From: a virus
Direction: 5' to 3' (one strand)
Virus record (IMG/VR): IMGVR_UViG_3300031716_000018
Length of the DNA: 45,103 nt
Positions 18,801-26,933 of the stretch are shown piece after piece. A program made the position numbers and the translations under genes. Numbering within the stretch: the stretch's first letter is position 1; the number at the start of each line of letters is the position of its first letter. Under the pieces are notes generated by a model, which was given only the letters and a program-made list of their open reading frames with translations, was not told where the DNA came from and did not search any database.

Positions 18801-19246
18801 TTAAGCCTTATGGTGGAGAGATGGGAGTGACAGATACGGAAGATCCGCGGCAAATGAGACCTGGGCTGAGAGAGACCTTCATAGATGCCATGATGGAGAT
18901 GAGAGAAAGAAGAGATGATATCATCAACTTCGCAGCTCAAAGATATGGAATGGCTCTGGCGACTGGCGTTGATCTAGGTGAAGATATGCAGAAGATGGTT
19001 GAGAAGGAAGTTGATAAGTGGAATAACTTCTTCCCTGAATTTCCTATAACTCAGGATGATCTGAATAAGCGGGCACAGGCTAGGATGGAGGCGGCAACGA
19101 AGGGGATAAGTCAGCGAGTGATGGAGAGGATGCCTAAGGCGATCAAGAACTCGGATTATTTCCAAGCTCCTGATCTGCCTCAGATTCCTGATACGCCTCC
19201 TGGGCCACCAAGATTACCATTTGAGTTCTTTTCAGGAGGGGGGTGA
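15818..19246 (+). CDS. large internal-virion/ejection-like protein (1142 aa)
   Basis: Longest ORF and last gene of the rightward unit. Helical with hydrophobic segments. No catalytic motif recognised. Confidence 0.65.
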   Translation: MPTYEVDIGDHTYQVDSDTEISDDEARQRAQEYASSENANPLATKPGFFQEHMGGDYDPNSNFLSNYASITGRRVGSAIDAAVALPENLKNIVTGDIPEVPPAEGLDPITRLIEGFTGKPRIQAALRSLQGVASPISTLLAPVEAAVEEPVSALTGSNAWGKLAGDVGGLAGTFGLGLLSEAGKLGATAEALAKTLGVGREATWDEIVKRDPQMAYIIERPYNIAQQEIASSPLERAARGDASLEQLTDMAEELRKAREKTTAQLSMELGRPQMADIEMSKLARENEDWLEHAKENRIPYNELPADVRVQMENIEFAPDAQHDIGAVQMLGTPTTRAAAISRKAGQVGMESQLTETNMSKASEAWEIRNKKMFEGLSDDQARQAAMAWNLHREDFNDLPKLDSRVKQFLNDVDAKERIIQQIIVPRQRDMARARIEASVEEQFGNINEATKAAEVERRLSKLFPDKLSLDETILQIFPGRYSITDAKGNLLDIGYNKLDTKFKIEDLVKAGKVAEGDVKVDHKLILSGDQLRAFKQNRVSKSWENLANAQAFSPEEVAAAARGDYFFQKARKAFSFFDAFRGSGNPKGYVKDLEALFNARDRNMEKWLQIRQLHERVDPIINDISKRYPQLGIILKDNINLLWGQRMPLSLPLDNQIAMTPLLRDVVAPQFLERFLARSKGLLVSGMLKWNPHFHAVNMTQTFATLWPIANGREILEGMQLAKSDAGRRILERHIPSTSKVEVAAGKVGFSEKFNQETAFMTMYNRARKLGFSDAQAADYAKLRGNIYSQFMGLTTDQPMWFRKIDPTGTLFMFQRFPIKQMELVLDLLKDKNIPGAAKWMGVNLAMGGFKAATLGQAGWLGYKLYKDISDQYGKPLADVIHAGLPALAGLDISGSVQFWNPPFGESWGDKLIALAEGPLIGLGHSVIGNMLDQTAPEPEAGKRAFDAFAQKIPMAGWLNSLIKVASGDYDFKDPGGRLQYKGDLRDLITHSLGFKPYGGEMGVTDTEDPRQMRPGLRETFIDAMMEMRERRDDIINFAAQRYGMALATGVDLGEDMQKMVEKEVDKWNNFFPEFPITQDDLNKRAQARMEAATKGISQRVMERMPKAIKNSDYFQAPDLPQIPDTPPGPPRLPFEFFSGGG

Positions 19247-19438
19247 TTTAGATGATCTGAGACGCCGTCCCAGTTGATCTAATTGGCGACGGACACTAGA
19301 TAACGTGATGGTAGCCTCTGCCCTCGAAATCAATTCGCGCAGAGGGCAGGGCTTCCTCACGACGACAGTTGCGAAGACCCACCGTTCATGCTCAAGCTCG
19401 ACATAATAGTTGTCAGCATCTTCGGTTATGTTAGCCAT
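19232..19438 (-). CDS. hypothetical protein (68 aa), doubtful
   Basis: Internal ATG (MANITED) of track ORF 19232..19453. Weak RBS. Its 3' end overlaps the convergent 1142-aa gene. Confidence 0.25.
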   Translation of the reverse strand: MANITEDADNYYVELEHERWVFATVVVRKPCPLRELISRAEATITLSSVRRQLDQLGRRLRSSKSPPS

Positions 19439-19570
19439 CTCTACACCCATCACAAAGGCGGACGTAATAGGTCTGGCAACTTACAGACTTACAATATCTA
19501 CGCTGCTTACATTTAGGACATTTATGGACGTGCCTTTTGTCCTTGTAAGGCAAGTTAATGGATGGCCGAC

Positions 19571-19768
19571 TCATGATTCTCCCTCGTTTATGTCCGGAAT
19601 CCGGACAGCGCCCATCTGGCCTGGAATGAGAAACATAAAGAACTTACACTCTCCCCTTCTGCAGCTTATGGTTAGAACCTTTGCCATTCTTCCGTCGCTT
19701 GATTCCTGATGCCTTATTTCTGGTAGCATACCTACTCTTCTGCACCGCGGACATTGCTTTTCCTGCAT
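19571..19768 (-). CDS. possible small zinc-ribbon protein (65 aa), doubtful
   Basis: Internal ATG of track ORF 19571..19858 (MQEKQCPRC...SCRRGEC). Overlaps the low-complexity tail of 19644..20117 in another frame. Poor RBS. Confidence 0.25.
   Translation of the reverse strand: MQEKQCPRCRRVGMLPEIRHQESSDGRMAKVLTISCRRGECKFFMFLIPGQMGAVRIPDINEGES
19592..19606. repeat. Dispersed palindrome copy 3: GTCCGG-aat-CCGGAC (T...A flanks give a 17-bp palindrome)
   Basis: Read directly. Lies in the zone where the two transcription units converge. Confidence 0.9.
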
Positions 19769-20117
19769 CCTTATTACTAGGCGCGAAAACCTCTTCAAAG
19801 GGATTCCTAAATAGATCGTTGATGAGGGCCCTTCCCAATAAGTTATAATTTGACTCATCTAAGAATCTCCCGTCTATCCCCTCACTCTCAACCTTCCCCA
19901 TCTTGATGTATGTGCAGATTGATAGGACATGCTTCAACCAATAAACTCCTAAAGCTTGTAATGGTGAGATACCAAGCATCTCTCCAACGAACTTGAAGTT
20001 CCATAACCTATCGCCATCGCCATTGCCTACTGTATAATCATGCCCCTTGATGATTATCAGTTTATCCTGTTGTTCCCTAAACTGCCTTACCATCTTCTCA
20101 AAGTCTCTATTATTCAT
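19644..20117 (-). CDS. DUF1599-like (nucleotide-modification-associated domain 1-like) protein (157 aa)
   Basis: GGAGG RBS. KGHDYTVGNGDGDRLWNF...ESEGIDGRFLDESNYNLL resembles my memory of the DUF1599 pattern (K..DYG....NF....E...D...D..NY). The basic tail may be out-of-frame extension. Confidence 0.4.
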   Translation of the reverse strand: MNNRDFEKMVRQFREQQDKLIIIKGHDYTVGNGDGDRLWNFKFVGEMLGISPLQALGVYWLKHVLSICTYIKMGKVESEGIDGRFLDESNYNLLGRALINDLFRNPFEEVFAPSNKDAGKAMSAVQKSRYATRNKASGIKRRKNGKGSNHKLQKGRV

Positions 20118-20299
20118 TTAGTTTGCCTCCTTACCAGTTCCATCACTCTATTCTGACCTGCTGTATATGCCTCATCAAGAGCTGTCTCTATGAACTCTAT
20201 CAAAAGATTACGAGCATTGCAGTCAAGATTAGCTGTCTTATTCCCCTGTCTCTTCATTAGGCCTTCCCACATCTCTACAATCGCAATGCCTGATCTCAT
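20114..20299 (-). CDS. hypothetical protein (61 aa)
   Basis: The track ORF starts at a GTG (20329). I chose the ATG at 20299 (MRSGIAI), which has GGAGG 6 nt upstream and an ATGA overlap with the helicase stop. Confidence 0.5.
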   Translation of the reverse strand: MRSGIAIVEMWEGLMKRQGNKTANLDCNARNLLIEFIETALDEAYTAGQNRVMELVRRQTK

Positions 20300-21579
20300 T
20301 GCAACCTCCTGGGAACTGCTCCATTCCACTTCTCAATGAAGTTGGGATCAATCATCCTATAGAGCTTTCCCACCTTGCCTGTATTAGAATCGTGGGCAAC
20401 TGCTTCCTGGATTGCATTCATCTCAAGCAAGGTGTTTACAACCCCTGCGAAATCCTGTAAATTAAGATAACTGTAATTGCGCTTGAGAAGTTCAGCGTAG
20501 CTAATAAAGCCAGCTCTAACGGTTGCTGCCTCCACCTGTCGAAAGATTCTAATAACATCTTGTGAGTTAGTAGCTGCACCATGACCTGCGAAAACATTAC
20601 TAAGTCCCTTGTCCAACCAGTTAATAGCATCCATTGCAACAGCCCAGTCATTAGGGGTAATAAGTAGATCATCGCGCTCAGCAACGCTAGCCAACTGAGC
20701 CAACTTGATGGCGTGGATGTGCTTTCGTGAGGCGTAGTTTCGCAACCTTTCATCATCGTACTCCTCTTCAGGCTCTAATGCTTTTTCATAGAAGTCAATG
20801 TAACACTTTAAGCCTTCTGGAGTCCACTTAAACGTCCCTCTCAATCTCATGATCTTCTTCAGATCAGCGACGAGGTTGTTCCTCAACATTTCTTGTCCTG
20901 TTCCCCATATAGGAATAGGAACTCGCTTGCGGCGTTTGTCTCCCCAAACAAAAAAGATACGTGAAGTGAAGCCCTGACCCACTGCGCCTGCTGGAATCGT
21001 ATCTTTAAGCGTCTGAGGTGTCGAGGCAGCAAGCATAGTGACATAAGGCCCAGGAATAATTTCATCACCTCGAGAAATGGTCGTCTTTTTCCATTCAGGA
21101 CGGCAGTCATATAAGTCAGTAAGGTCCGCAATGACTCCACTTCCATAGGCATCATGACCCAGGAATACCCCCAACTCTGATGCATAAATTAGCATTGGAC
21201 TTACCAGCTCAATCTCCGTCCCTCCTCCGTTTGCAGCCATGTTTGCGCTCCCACCAGTAATCACTTTCTCGACCGCTTTGCTTAAATCTCTTATAAGAGC
21301 AGCCCCTGTTATCTTGTCGCTGAACCACTTTAGTCCTACTTGGCGGGCTAGTTCTATTCCTACGTTTGTCGCAGTGGATTTCCGCGCGCCAGATGGCCCC
21401 ACTAAGATTACATAGATATTCGGATAAACCTTCATCATATTCATGTCTAAGAAGACATTCTTTTTGAGTGCGGCCGACAGAATAGTGCAGCCTGTCCAGT
21501 AATGGTAACAAGCTGGACTCTCCGTGTCGGCCGTATACTCTACGTAGGCCGTAAGCCAATTCTGTAAGTTGCGGGCCAT
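20296..21579 (-). CDS. P-loop NTPase, DUF3987/D5-like putative replicative helicase (427 aa)
   Basis: Walker A VGPSGARKST. The layout before the P-loop (YHYWTGCTILSAAL...NIYVILVG) resembles DUF3987 proteins. Lies next to the polymerase. Confidence 0.6.
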   Translation of the reverse strand: MARNLQNWLTAYVEYTADTESPACYHYWTGCTILSAALKKNVFLDMNMMKVYPNIYVILVGPSGARKSTATNVGIELARQVGLKWFSDKITGAALIRDLSKAVEKVITGGSANMAANGGGTEIELVSPMLIYASELGVFLGHDAYGSGVIADLTDLYDCRPEWKKTTISRGDEIIPGPYVTMLAASTPQTLKDTIPAGAVGQGFTSRIFFVWGDKRRKRVPIPIWGTGQEMLRNNLVADLKKIMRLRGTFKWTPEGLKCYIDFYEKALEPEEEYDDERLRNYASRKHIHAIKLAQLASVAERDDLLITPNDWAVAMDAINWLDKGLSNVFAGHGAATNSQDVIRIFRQVEAATVRAGFISYAELLKRNYSYLNLQDFAGVVNTLLEMNAIQEAVAHDSNTGKVGKLYRMIDPNFIEKWNGAVPRRLQ

Positions 21580-21581
21580 TC

Positions 21582-21833
21582 TTAGTTGGGTCGAATAATC
21601 TTAGCATCTGGGCTCTCTATGTGATCTGCTAAATGGTGTAGCATATTGATCACACTCTCACGACGTGCATCGCTGATCCATGAGCAACTAACGTCGTCGC
21701 CAAAGGGGAATACGATGAGGATATGTCCAACCTTATCCTTCCCGAACTCCCCCTCCAGCATCGCCTTTATGTTCCCGCTCCAATACCTCATTGCCTCCTC
21801 TATTCGAGGTGTCAGCTTTACCTGATCCGCCAT
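21582..21833 (-). CDS. hypothetical protein (83 aa)
   Basis: GGAAGGAGGAG RBS. Confidence 0.55.
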   Translation of the reverse strand: MADQVKLTPRIEEAMRYWSGNIKAMLEGEFGKDKVGHILIVFPFGDDVSCSWISDARRESVINMLHHLADHIESPDAKIIRPN

Positions 21834-22074
21834 CCTGCTCCTCCTTCCGTAATTGCCAATTGTTCTTATAGTTAGGATCTGGCTTCCTGATCCCTAACGT
21901 AACCTGAGCTGCATATGTAGGATCCATATCTCCCTTCCATATGATAAAGCCACTATCATAGCCCCAGTTCTCAGGCCTTGCGTACCATTCCAGAGCCATC
22001 CTGTCGACCTTCAGCCCCTCCACCAACTCGCTCTTGCTGTTTGCTTGCTTCACTCTTTTCCAGTCGATTGCCAT
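21733..22074 (-). CDS. hypothetical Trp-rich protein (113 aa)
   Basis: Internal ATG (MAIDWKR) of track ORF 21733..22209, with AAGGAG upstream. Its last ~33 codons overlap the next gene. Confidence 0.45.
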   Translation of the reverse strand: MAIDWKRVKQANSKSELVEGLKVDRMALEWYARPENWGYDSGFIIWKGDMDPTYAAQVTLGIRKPDPNYKNNWQLRKEEQDGGSGKADTSNRGGNEVLEREHKGDAGGGVREG

Positions 22075-22195
22075 CAGTGCTCCTTTCCAACTCATCAAGC
22101 TTCTCTTGATAGAGTTTAGCCATGTCCATGAAATAACTAACCTTCTGTCTATAAATACGCTTGAGGATCTCGACACTCCTATCTCCTCGTGCCAT
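21971..22195 (-). CDS. hypothetical coiled-coil protein (74 aa)
   Basis: GAGGAGG RBS. Its last ~34 codons overlap the next gene. Confidence 0.4.
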   Translation of the reverse strand: MARGDRSVEILKRIYRQKVSYFMDMAKLYQEKLDELERSTDGNRLEKSEASKQQERVGGGAEGRQDGSGMVRKA

Positions 22196-22205
22196 CGTAA
22201 CCTCC

Positions 22206-24743
22206 TCATATCATGGAGTAGAGTCGCTCTTTAATCTTATCTTCCTTGAAGAAACCTTCCTTTGTTGCTCTATCAAGCCACGCTTCGTAGGTGGTATCTT
22301 CACCCACCTTGTAATTGAGCATCGCTCCCCAACTGTATCCCCATTGGAACTCACCTGGAATATGACAATCTCGACCATTGATAGTGAATCGAACCCTGTC
22401 TGCAGCTGCCTCAGCGCGCTCCATAAACTCTTGAGTTCTATTGGGAGGTCCACTTGCAAGGTAACTGTCGTGGCCTTGCTGATGGAACTTGACCCAAGGA
22501 AGATTATCCCAGAGCTCAAACATTGCTTCATTGAGAATGTCTGGGACAGTTGCTTGAGGTATGTAGGAGACCAGGTCACGCCAGATTTCGTCGGGAAGTT
22601 GACCCGTATGAGCAAGCGCCCCACAGGCCTTATACAGTTGGCGCACTCTACCCATAGGGGTAACAAGACACCCTTTAATGCAAGCCAGTTGTTTGATACT
22701 TCTGTGCCACTCGGATATTTCAGGTACTTGAATTCCGTAATTGTCATAAGTGTAACGTGCAAAATCTAATGGAATGTTAGCGGTGATTGCCAGCTTCTTA
22801 TAAGCCATCATGTAATTGTAGGCATGAACTATCCGCTTGCTTACATCATACTCAATTGAGTCTGACTCGATATCTTCAGGTCGCTTTCTAAATATTCCAC
22901 CTCCCACAACCTTGTGAATCTTGATAGGAGAAGCAAAAACGTTAAGAAGAAAGCGGCAATTAGACAGCCAAGCAACAATGCGAGCTTCAGCCTGGCTAAG
23001 GTCTCGCTGCCAGAAAACAGAACCTGGTGGGGGACAGTACATGAGACGCATGATTTTAGGGACTGTCTGCGGGCTTGAACCGCGCCATTTAGGGCTCTGG
23101 CTGAAGGACCATCTACCAGTTTTAGCAAAAGAAACGCGAGCCATGTAGCCAAGATAATGTTCGCCATCAGGATCAATATCAAAGTCAACATTGATATAGT
23201 TGCTCTCCTTCGTCCTCAAATGTCTGATCTGCAAGATGAGATTCAGCTGAGGTACATTAGGATGGCTTGCTCTGAGCTCTCGCAGCGTATCTTCATCTGT
23301 TGTGACAGAATCAGTTCCACGCTTGTGCTTGACAGGTAACCTAAGTTCTTCATACAATAAAGTAGCAACCGCCGGCGTAGACTTGACGTTGATCGGCCTT
23401 CCAACAAGTTGATCAAGCTCTGCTTGTCGGCGTTCTCGTTCAGTTTTAAGAAAAGCTGCCAGTCGTCCATGCCATTCTCTGTCGAGCCGTAGGCGATTCC
23501 GCTGCATCTCAAGACCGATCGGGAGAAATCGTCTAACGCGATTTTCGTAAGTTGATATGAGGCCTCCTTCTGTGAGGTCTCGTCGGACAGCCTGGCTGAC
23601 TTTAGGAGTTGAAACCATGTCTTTACAGTTGTAAGTGAAGGTCTTCTCATCCGGCTCCTTCTTGTTCCATGTCTTACCTTCATCCTTGTAATAGGGGTAG
23701 AAGGTGTAAAGCATCGTAGTGAAATCCAGGCCTTTATCAAACTCTGGATAAGCCACGTTCATCGCAGTCATTGGATCGAAGTTGATGCCGCCTGGCTCTA
23801 CTCCGAAATCGAGGAGATAGTCCAAGTCATAAAGAATATTCTGATTTTCAAGTAGTGGATTGTCTCGCATTGTTTCTGAGAGAGATCGCCAAATTGCACT
23901 TTCCTCCACCACACTCCATGCCGCGCCAGAACTTTTCTGAATCGGGACGCACATAGCGTACCTTGGCTTGGCATAAGATGATAGTCCGAAGCATCGGAGA
24001 GATGAGCCGACAGTTTCCACGTCGAGTGTCCAAGGTTGTCCTGACGTCCTAATGAAATCCAGTAATTCCAGAACTTCCCTGAAGGAGGGGTCAATAACGA
24101 AGACATCTGAAGTCTCCTTTTGGATAATATGTGGTGCAGTCGACTCAACTGCGATCCTCTTTAGCTGGCGAATGAGTATGTAATACCACTCCCAGTTATC
24201 CCTCATGATATACGCAGGGTGTAGGATTGGGATAACCTTGAGGCCTGGGATAGTGTCGCTGAGAAGGATACTGCCATGCCATTTGGTAATTCCTTCATGT
24301 CCTGTGCATAGCGTCTTAAGTGCTTCATTTCCTGCTGCAACCACAACATTCGGTCTATATTTGGACAGCTCCGCCACAAGCAAGTTACGCCACCACAGAA
24401 GCTCTTCAGTAGGCTGTTTTCTGCGCTTCGGGTCAAGATAGAAAACTCCAAAGTTATCTCCTGGGGGCCTCCTTTTAGAGACATTTGTGCGGTTAGCGAG
24501 AGCAAAGTCAATTCCAGAATTGGAGCAAGCCTTTCGTAGTAGGTTGCCTGACCCTCCCACAAAACCTTGAGGTTTGGATATTCGAGGAATTGAGCATCGC
24601 TTACATTTTCCTGCGTAAGGCATTCCGTATCCACATGAGGGACATTCATGCCAACTTACCTCCTGCCCGCCAGGGGCTTCACCCACAAAAGTTATTAAGG
24701 CGCCATCCCTAATTGTTGGCGGGCACTCAACAATAGGATTCAT
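22206..24743 (-). CDS. DNA polymerase, family A, with N-terminal UDG-like domain and 3'-5' exonuclease (845 aa)
   Basis: UDG family-4 motifs FVGEAPGGQE, FVGGSG, RRPPGDN, ILHPAYIMR. Exonuclease motifs LDVETVG, NILYDLDYL, YNCKD. Pol A motifs DLSQAEARIVAW, KRIVHAYNYMMAY, QGHDS. Confidence 0.9.
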   Translation of the reverse strand: MNPIVECPPTIRDGALITFVGEAPGGQEVSWHECPSCGYGMPYAGKCKRCSIPRISKPQGFVGGSGNLLRKACSNSGIDFALANRTNVSKRRPPGDNFGVFYLDPKRRKQPTEELLWWRNLLVAELSKYRPNVVVAAGNEALKTLCTGHEGITKWHGSILLSDTIPGLKVIPILHPAYIMRDNWEWYYILIRQLKRIAVESTAPHIIQKETSDVFVIDPSFREVLELLDFIRTSGQPWTLDVETVGSSLRCFGLSSYAKPRYAMCVPIQKSSGAAWSVVEESAIWRSLSETMRDNPLLENQNILYDLDYLLDFGVEPGGINFDPMTAMNVAYPEFDKGLDFTTMLYTFYPYYKDEGKTWNKKEPDEKTFTYNCKDMVSTPKVSQAVRRDLTEGGLISTYENRVRRFLPIGLEMQRNRLRLDREWHGRLAAFLKTERERRQAELDQLVGRPINVKSTPAVATLLYEELRLPVKHKRGTDSVTTDEDTLRELRASHPNVPQLNLILQIRHLRTKESNYINVDFDIDPDGEHYLGYMARVSFAKTGRWSFSQSPKWRGSSPQTVPKIMRLMYCPPPGSVFWQRDLSQAEARIVAWLSNCRFLLNVFASPIKIHKVVGGGIFRKRPEDIESDSIEYDVSKRIVHAYNYMMAYKKLAITANIPLDFARYTYDNYGIQVPEISEWHRSIKQLACIKGCLVTPMGRVRQLYKACGALAHTGQLPDEIWRDLVSYIPQATVPDILNEAMFELWDNLPWVKFHQQGHDSYLASGPPNRTQEFMERAEAAADRVRFTINGRDCHIPGEFQWGYSWGAMLNYKVGEDTTYEAWLDRATKEGFFKEDKIKERLYSMI

Positions 24744-26155
24744 TGATCGTCATCCTCAGAGCCGCCCAAGGGATCGTACTTAGAGGCTTCTTGAGGCGCC
24801 GGTTCGCTCTCAACAGTGCCAATGAGTTTTGTAAGTCGCTCGACAATTCCGGCGTGATAGGCCTTGTCCTTTTCACACAGTAGGAAATTACGCCCCGTCT
24901 GAATCGCAGCTTCTCCCAATGATCCTGAACCGGCAAAGAAGTCTGCAACAGTTTCTCCAGGCGCTGTTGAAGTTTCAATGAGCTGCCTAAGTAAGGATAC
25001 CGGCTTCTCGACAGCGTGTACTTTTCGCGCAGTCGGAACAGGATCGTGGCTGAGGACGTTTGACTGTCCCTGCCGAAGCAAGGCACGGTTACCTTTACGA
25101 CAGAAGAAGCATGCTTCGTAGCCAGAACCCCACCGACTGTCTGGGTGATTAACCTGGCCAGGTCCCGGCTTGACCCACACCAGTGGGATAGGTTCAACTG
25201 TGAATCCAACGTCTCTGAGCATGCTGAAGACTTTGTGATATTGCTTGATGTCGAAGAAGAAGTAGGCATGAGTATTGTCCTGTAAGAGGCGGAAAGCCTC
25301 CTTAGCCATCATCCATGTGAGATCCATTATGTCATAGGTATCATCATCATAGATCTCTGGATGAGGCGATCCTTTCTTAGTTTCACCAACGTGCAGGTTG
25401 ATGCCATAAGGGGGATCAGTGATGACGCAATGCAGGCAGCCATCATTCCATCCCTTAACAATTTGTAAGCAATCACCCAACTTGACCTTGTAAATGATTG
25501 AGTCGACCTCATCAGATTGGATGGCGCTCTTTGCCTTTGCTTTTAGCTCGCTGGCTTTTTGAGTAAGGTCAGCGCGCCGCATCAACAATCTTAGTTTGTT
25601 TTGAGCTTGTGTTTTGTTCTTAGATTCAGCAAGCTCAGGAAAGACCTCGATAGCCTCAGCCAGGCGAACGTCTTCCCAGAACTCCGTCTTTGACTCACCA
25701 ACATGGTCAGCCACATCCCTAATGCCATCACCATACTTCTTCCGGCGGATTTCATAGATTCGTTTCTTTGCACTAACCTCTTCCTGATAGGTGAGATTCT
25801 CACGAAGGAGGTTTTCATCTAGCTCAATCTCCTCCTGCTCCAAGCGATCAGTGACATCATCCCTGAAGATGGCACTTATCTCTGTACGCCGTATTTTAGC
25901 GTGGGCTAGATAGCGACGATAGCCTGCAACCAACTGATATTCACATCTCTGCGGCGCGTCCGGAAACCGGACACGATCAACTGGGCAGACCACAATTGGC
26001 TCTATCAAACCATGCTGAGCAATTGAAGTTGCCAACTCAGCCAACTTTCCATCGTTAATCCTTTGTCTTTGTCGATCTGCAGGTATCAAAACTGATGTTA
26101 ATGGAATCAGTTTTACATTATGAGTTATTATTCTCTCTTCAACAGCCTCTACCAT
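24740..26155 (-). CDS. ParB-like N-terminal domain fused to an N6/N4 DNA methyltransferase (471 aa)
   Basis: ParB/Srx block GLIEPIVV...LVAGYRRYLA. Methyltransferase motif IV ITDPPYG comes before motif I VADFFAGSGSLGEAA, with HAVEKPVSLL in between. GAGGAGG RBS. Confidence 0.9.
   Translation of the reverse strand: MVEAVEERIITHNVKLIPLTSVLIPADRQRQRINDGKLAELATSIAQHGLIEPIVVCPVDRVRFPDAPQRCEYQLVAGYRRYLAHAKIRRTEISAIFRDDVTDRLEQEEIELDENLLRENLTYQEEVSAKKRIYEIRRKKYGDGIRDVADHVGESKTEFWEDVRLAEAIEVFPELAESKNKTQAQNKLRLLMRRADLTQKASELKAKAKSAIQSDEVDSIIYKVKLGDCLQIVKGWNDGCLHCVITDPPYGINLHVGETKKGSPHPEIYDDDTYDIMDLTWMMAKEAFRLLQDNTHAYFFFDIKQYHKVFSMLRDVGFTVEPIPLVWVKPGPGQVNHPDSRWGSGYEACFFCRKGNRALLRQGQSNVLSHDPVPTARKVHAVEKPVSLLRQLIETSTAPGETVADFFAGSGSLGEAAIQTGRNFLLCEKDKAYHAGIVERLTKLIGTVESEPAPQEASKYDPLGGSEDDDQ
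25958..25972. repeat. Dispersed palindrome copy 4: GTCCGG-aaa-CCGGAC
   Basis: Read directly. Lies inside the ParB-domain coding part of 24740..26155 (read as VRFPD on the minus strand). Confidence 0.9.
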
Positions 26156-26419
26156 TCTTCCTCCTCATTTTTGCAAGGCATTTATTCTTTCTCCCCAATC
26201 ACAAACTATCGAGGACAGGACCACGGCTTCTTTAATCCACAACCTCCCCATCCCCCTGAAGGCCTCCTTGGAGGTTTCTAAGGTCCCTATGTAACCTTCG
26301 AGCCGCACCCCGATAGCCGTCCCTCCGAAGTCACTGGCGCATTTAGACTGAACTAGCTCTGCCTTTCATGTTTAGTTTTGGCAGATGTCAGTGCGTTCAA
26401 GCTTCAAGGGAAGTTAAGC

Positions 26420-26833
26420 TCAGTCGACTGGTCTCATTACAGCAGCCAACTGAGGCAAGGTGGGGCGTTTGTCGTCATACTTCAGCTTACCAACGAACTG
26501 CAGTGTTTGAAGGTCTTCGGTTCTGATCTTGTTGCTTTCGGGTACAAATTTGAGAACCTGATAGAACTTCTTTACTGAGAACGTCGGGTCTGGTGACTGC
26601 AAGGCGCCCATTGTTAGGCCGAACGTATGATAAACCTTATAATCCTGACCAGCCCATTCAGGATCCAATGGTGTCATCTCACAGTTGATATAAGGCTCTT
26701 TTTGTCCGGTCTTAGCATTTGGCTGCTTACCAATTCTAACCTCAGCCTTGATAATGGCTAAAGTCATCTCTCGATCAGCAGGCAAAAGCGGCTTCTCCTT
26801 GATCTCATCCAGGTTGATATCTCCGATCTCCAT
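26420..26833 (-). CDS. DUF669-like protein, possible ssDNA-binding partner of the Sak4-like ATPase (137 aa)
   Basis: AAGGAGGTG RBS. Called mainly from its position next to the AAA_24/Sak4-like gene, where DUF669 genes usually sit. Confidence 0.4.
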   Translation of the reverse strand: MEIGDINLDEIKEKPLLPADREMTLAIIKAEVRIGKQPNAKTGQKEPYINCEMTPLDPEWAGQDYKVYHTFGLTMGALQSPDPTFSVKKFYQVLKFVPESNKIRTEDLQTLQFVGKLKYDDKRPTLPQLAAVMRPVD

Positions 26834-26933
26834 GATTTCACCTCCTTTCTTTTATGAATAAGGTTGAGCGGCTCACTGAAGAGTTTACTGAGGACTCCTT
26901 TGCCTTTCTTAAATTTTGTTAGTGGTTAATAAA

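Noticed and set aside
15818-19246. Tape measure protein or N4-type virion RNA polymerase
   Set aside because: No tail tube, sheath or chaperone genes accompany it. I could find no T7-like polymerase motifs or an unambiguous DxDxD metal site (only GDYDFKD). It is left as an internal-virion-like protein.
21582-22195. Programmed +1 frameshift chain linking three ORFs that overlap by 104 and 101 nt, each in the +1 frame of the previous one
   Set aside because: Each downstream ORF has its own strong SD and ATG. The overlapping C-terminal tails (GGGAEGRQDGSG, DGGSGKADTSNRGG) look like unconstrained extensions, and no slippery site was seen.
26156-26419. tRNA or tmRNA-like gene in the long leader (gcagagctagttcagtc... 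looked superficially like an acceptor/D-arm)
   Set aside because: No complementary D-stem, no GTTCRANNC T-loop and no acceptor pairing could be drawn.
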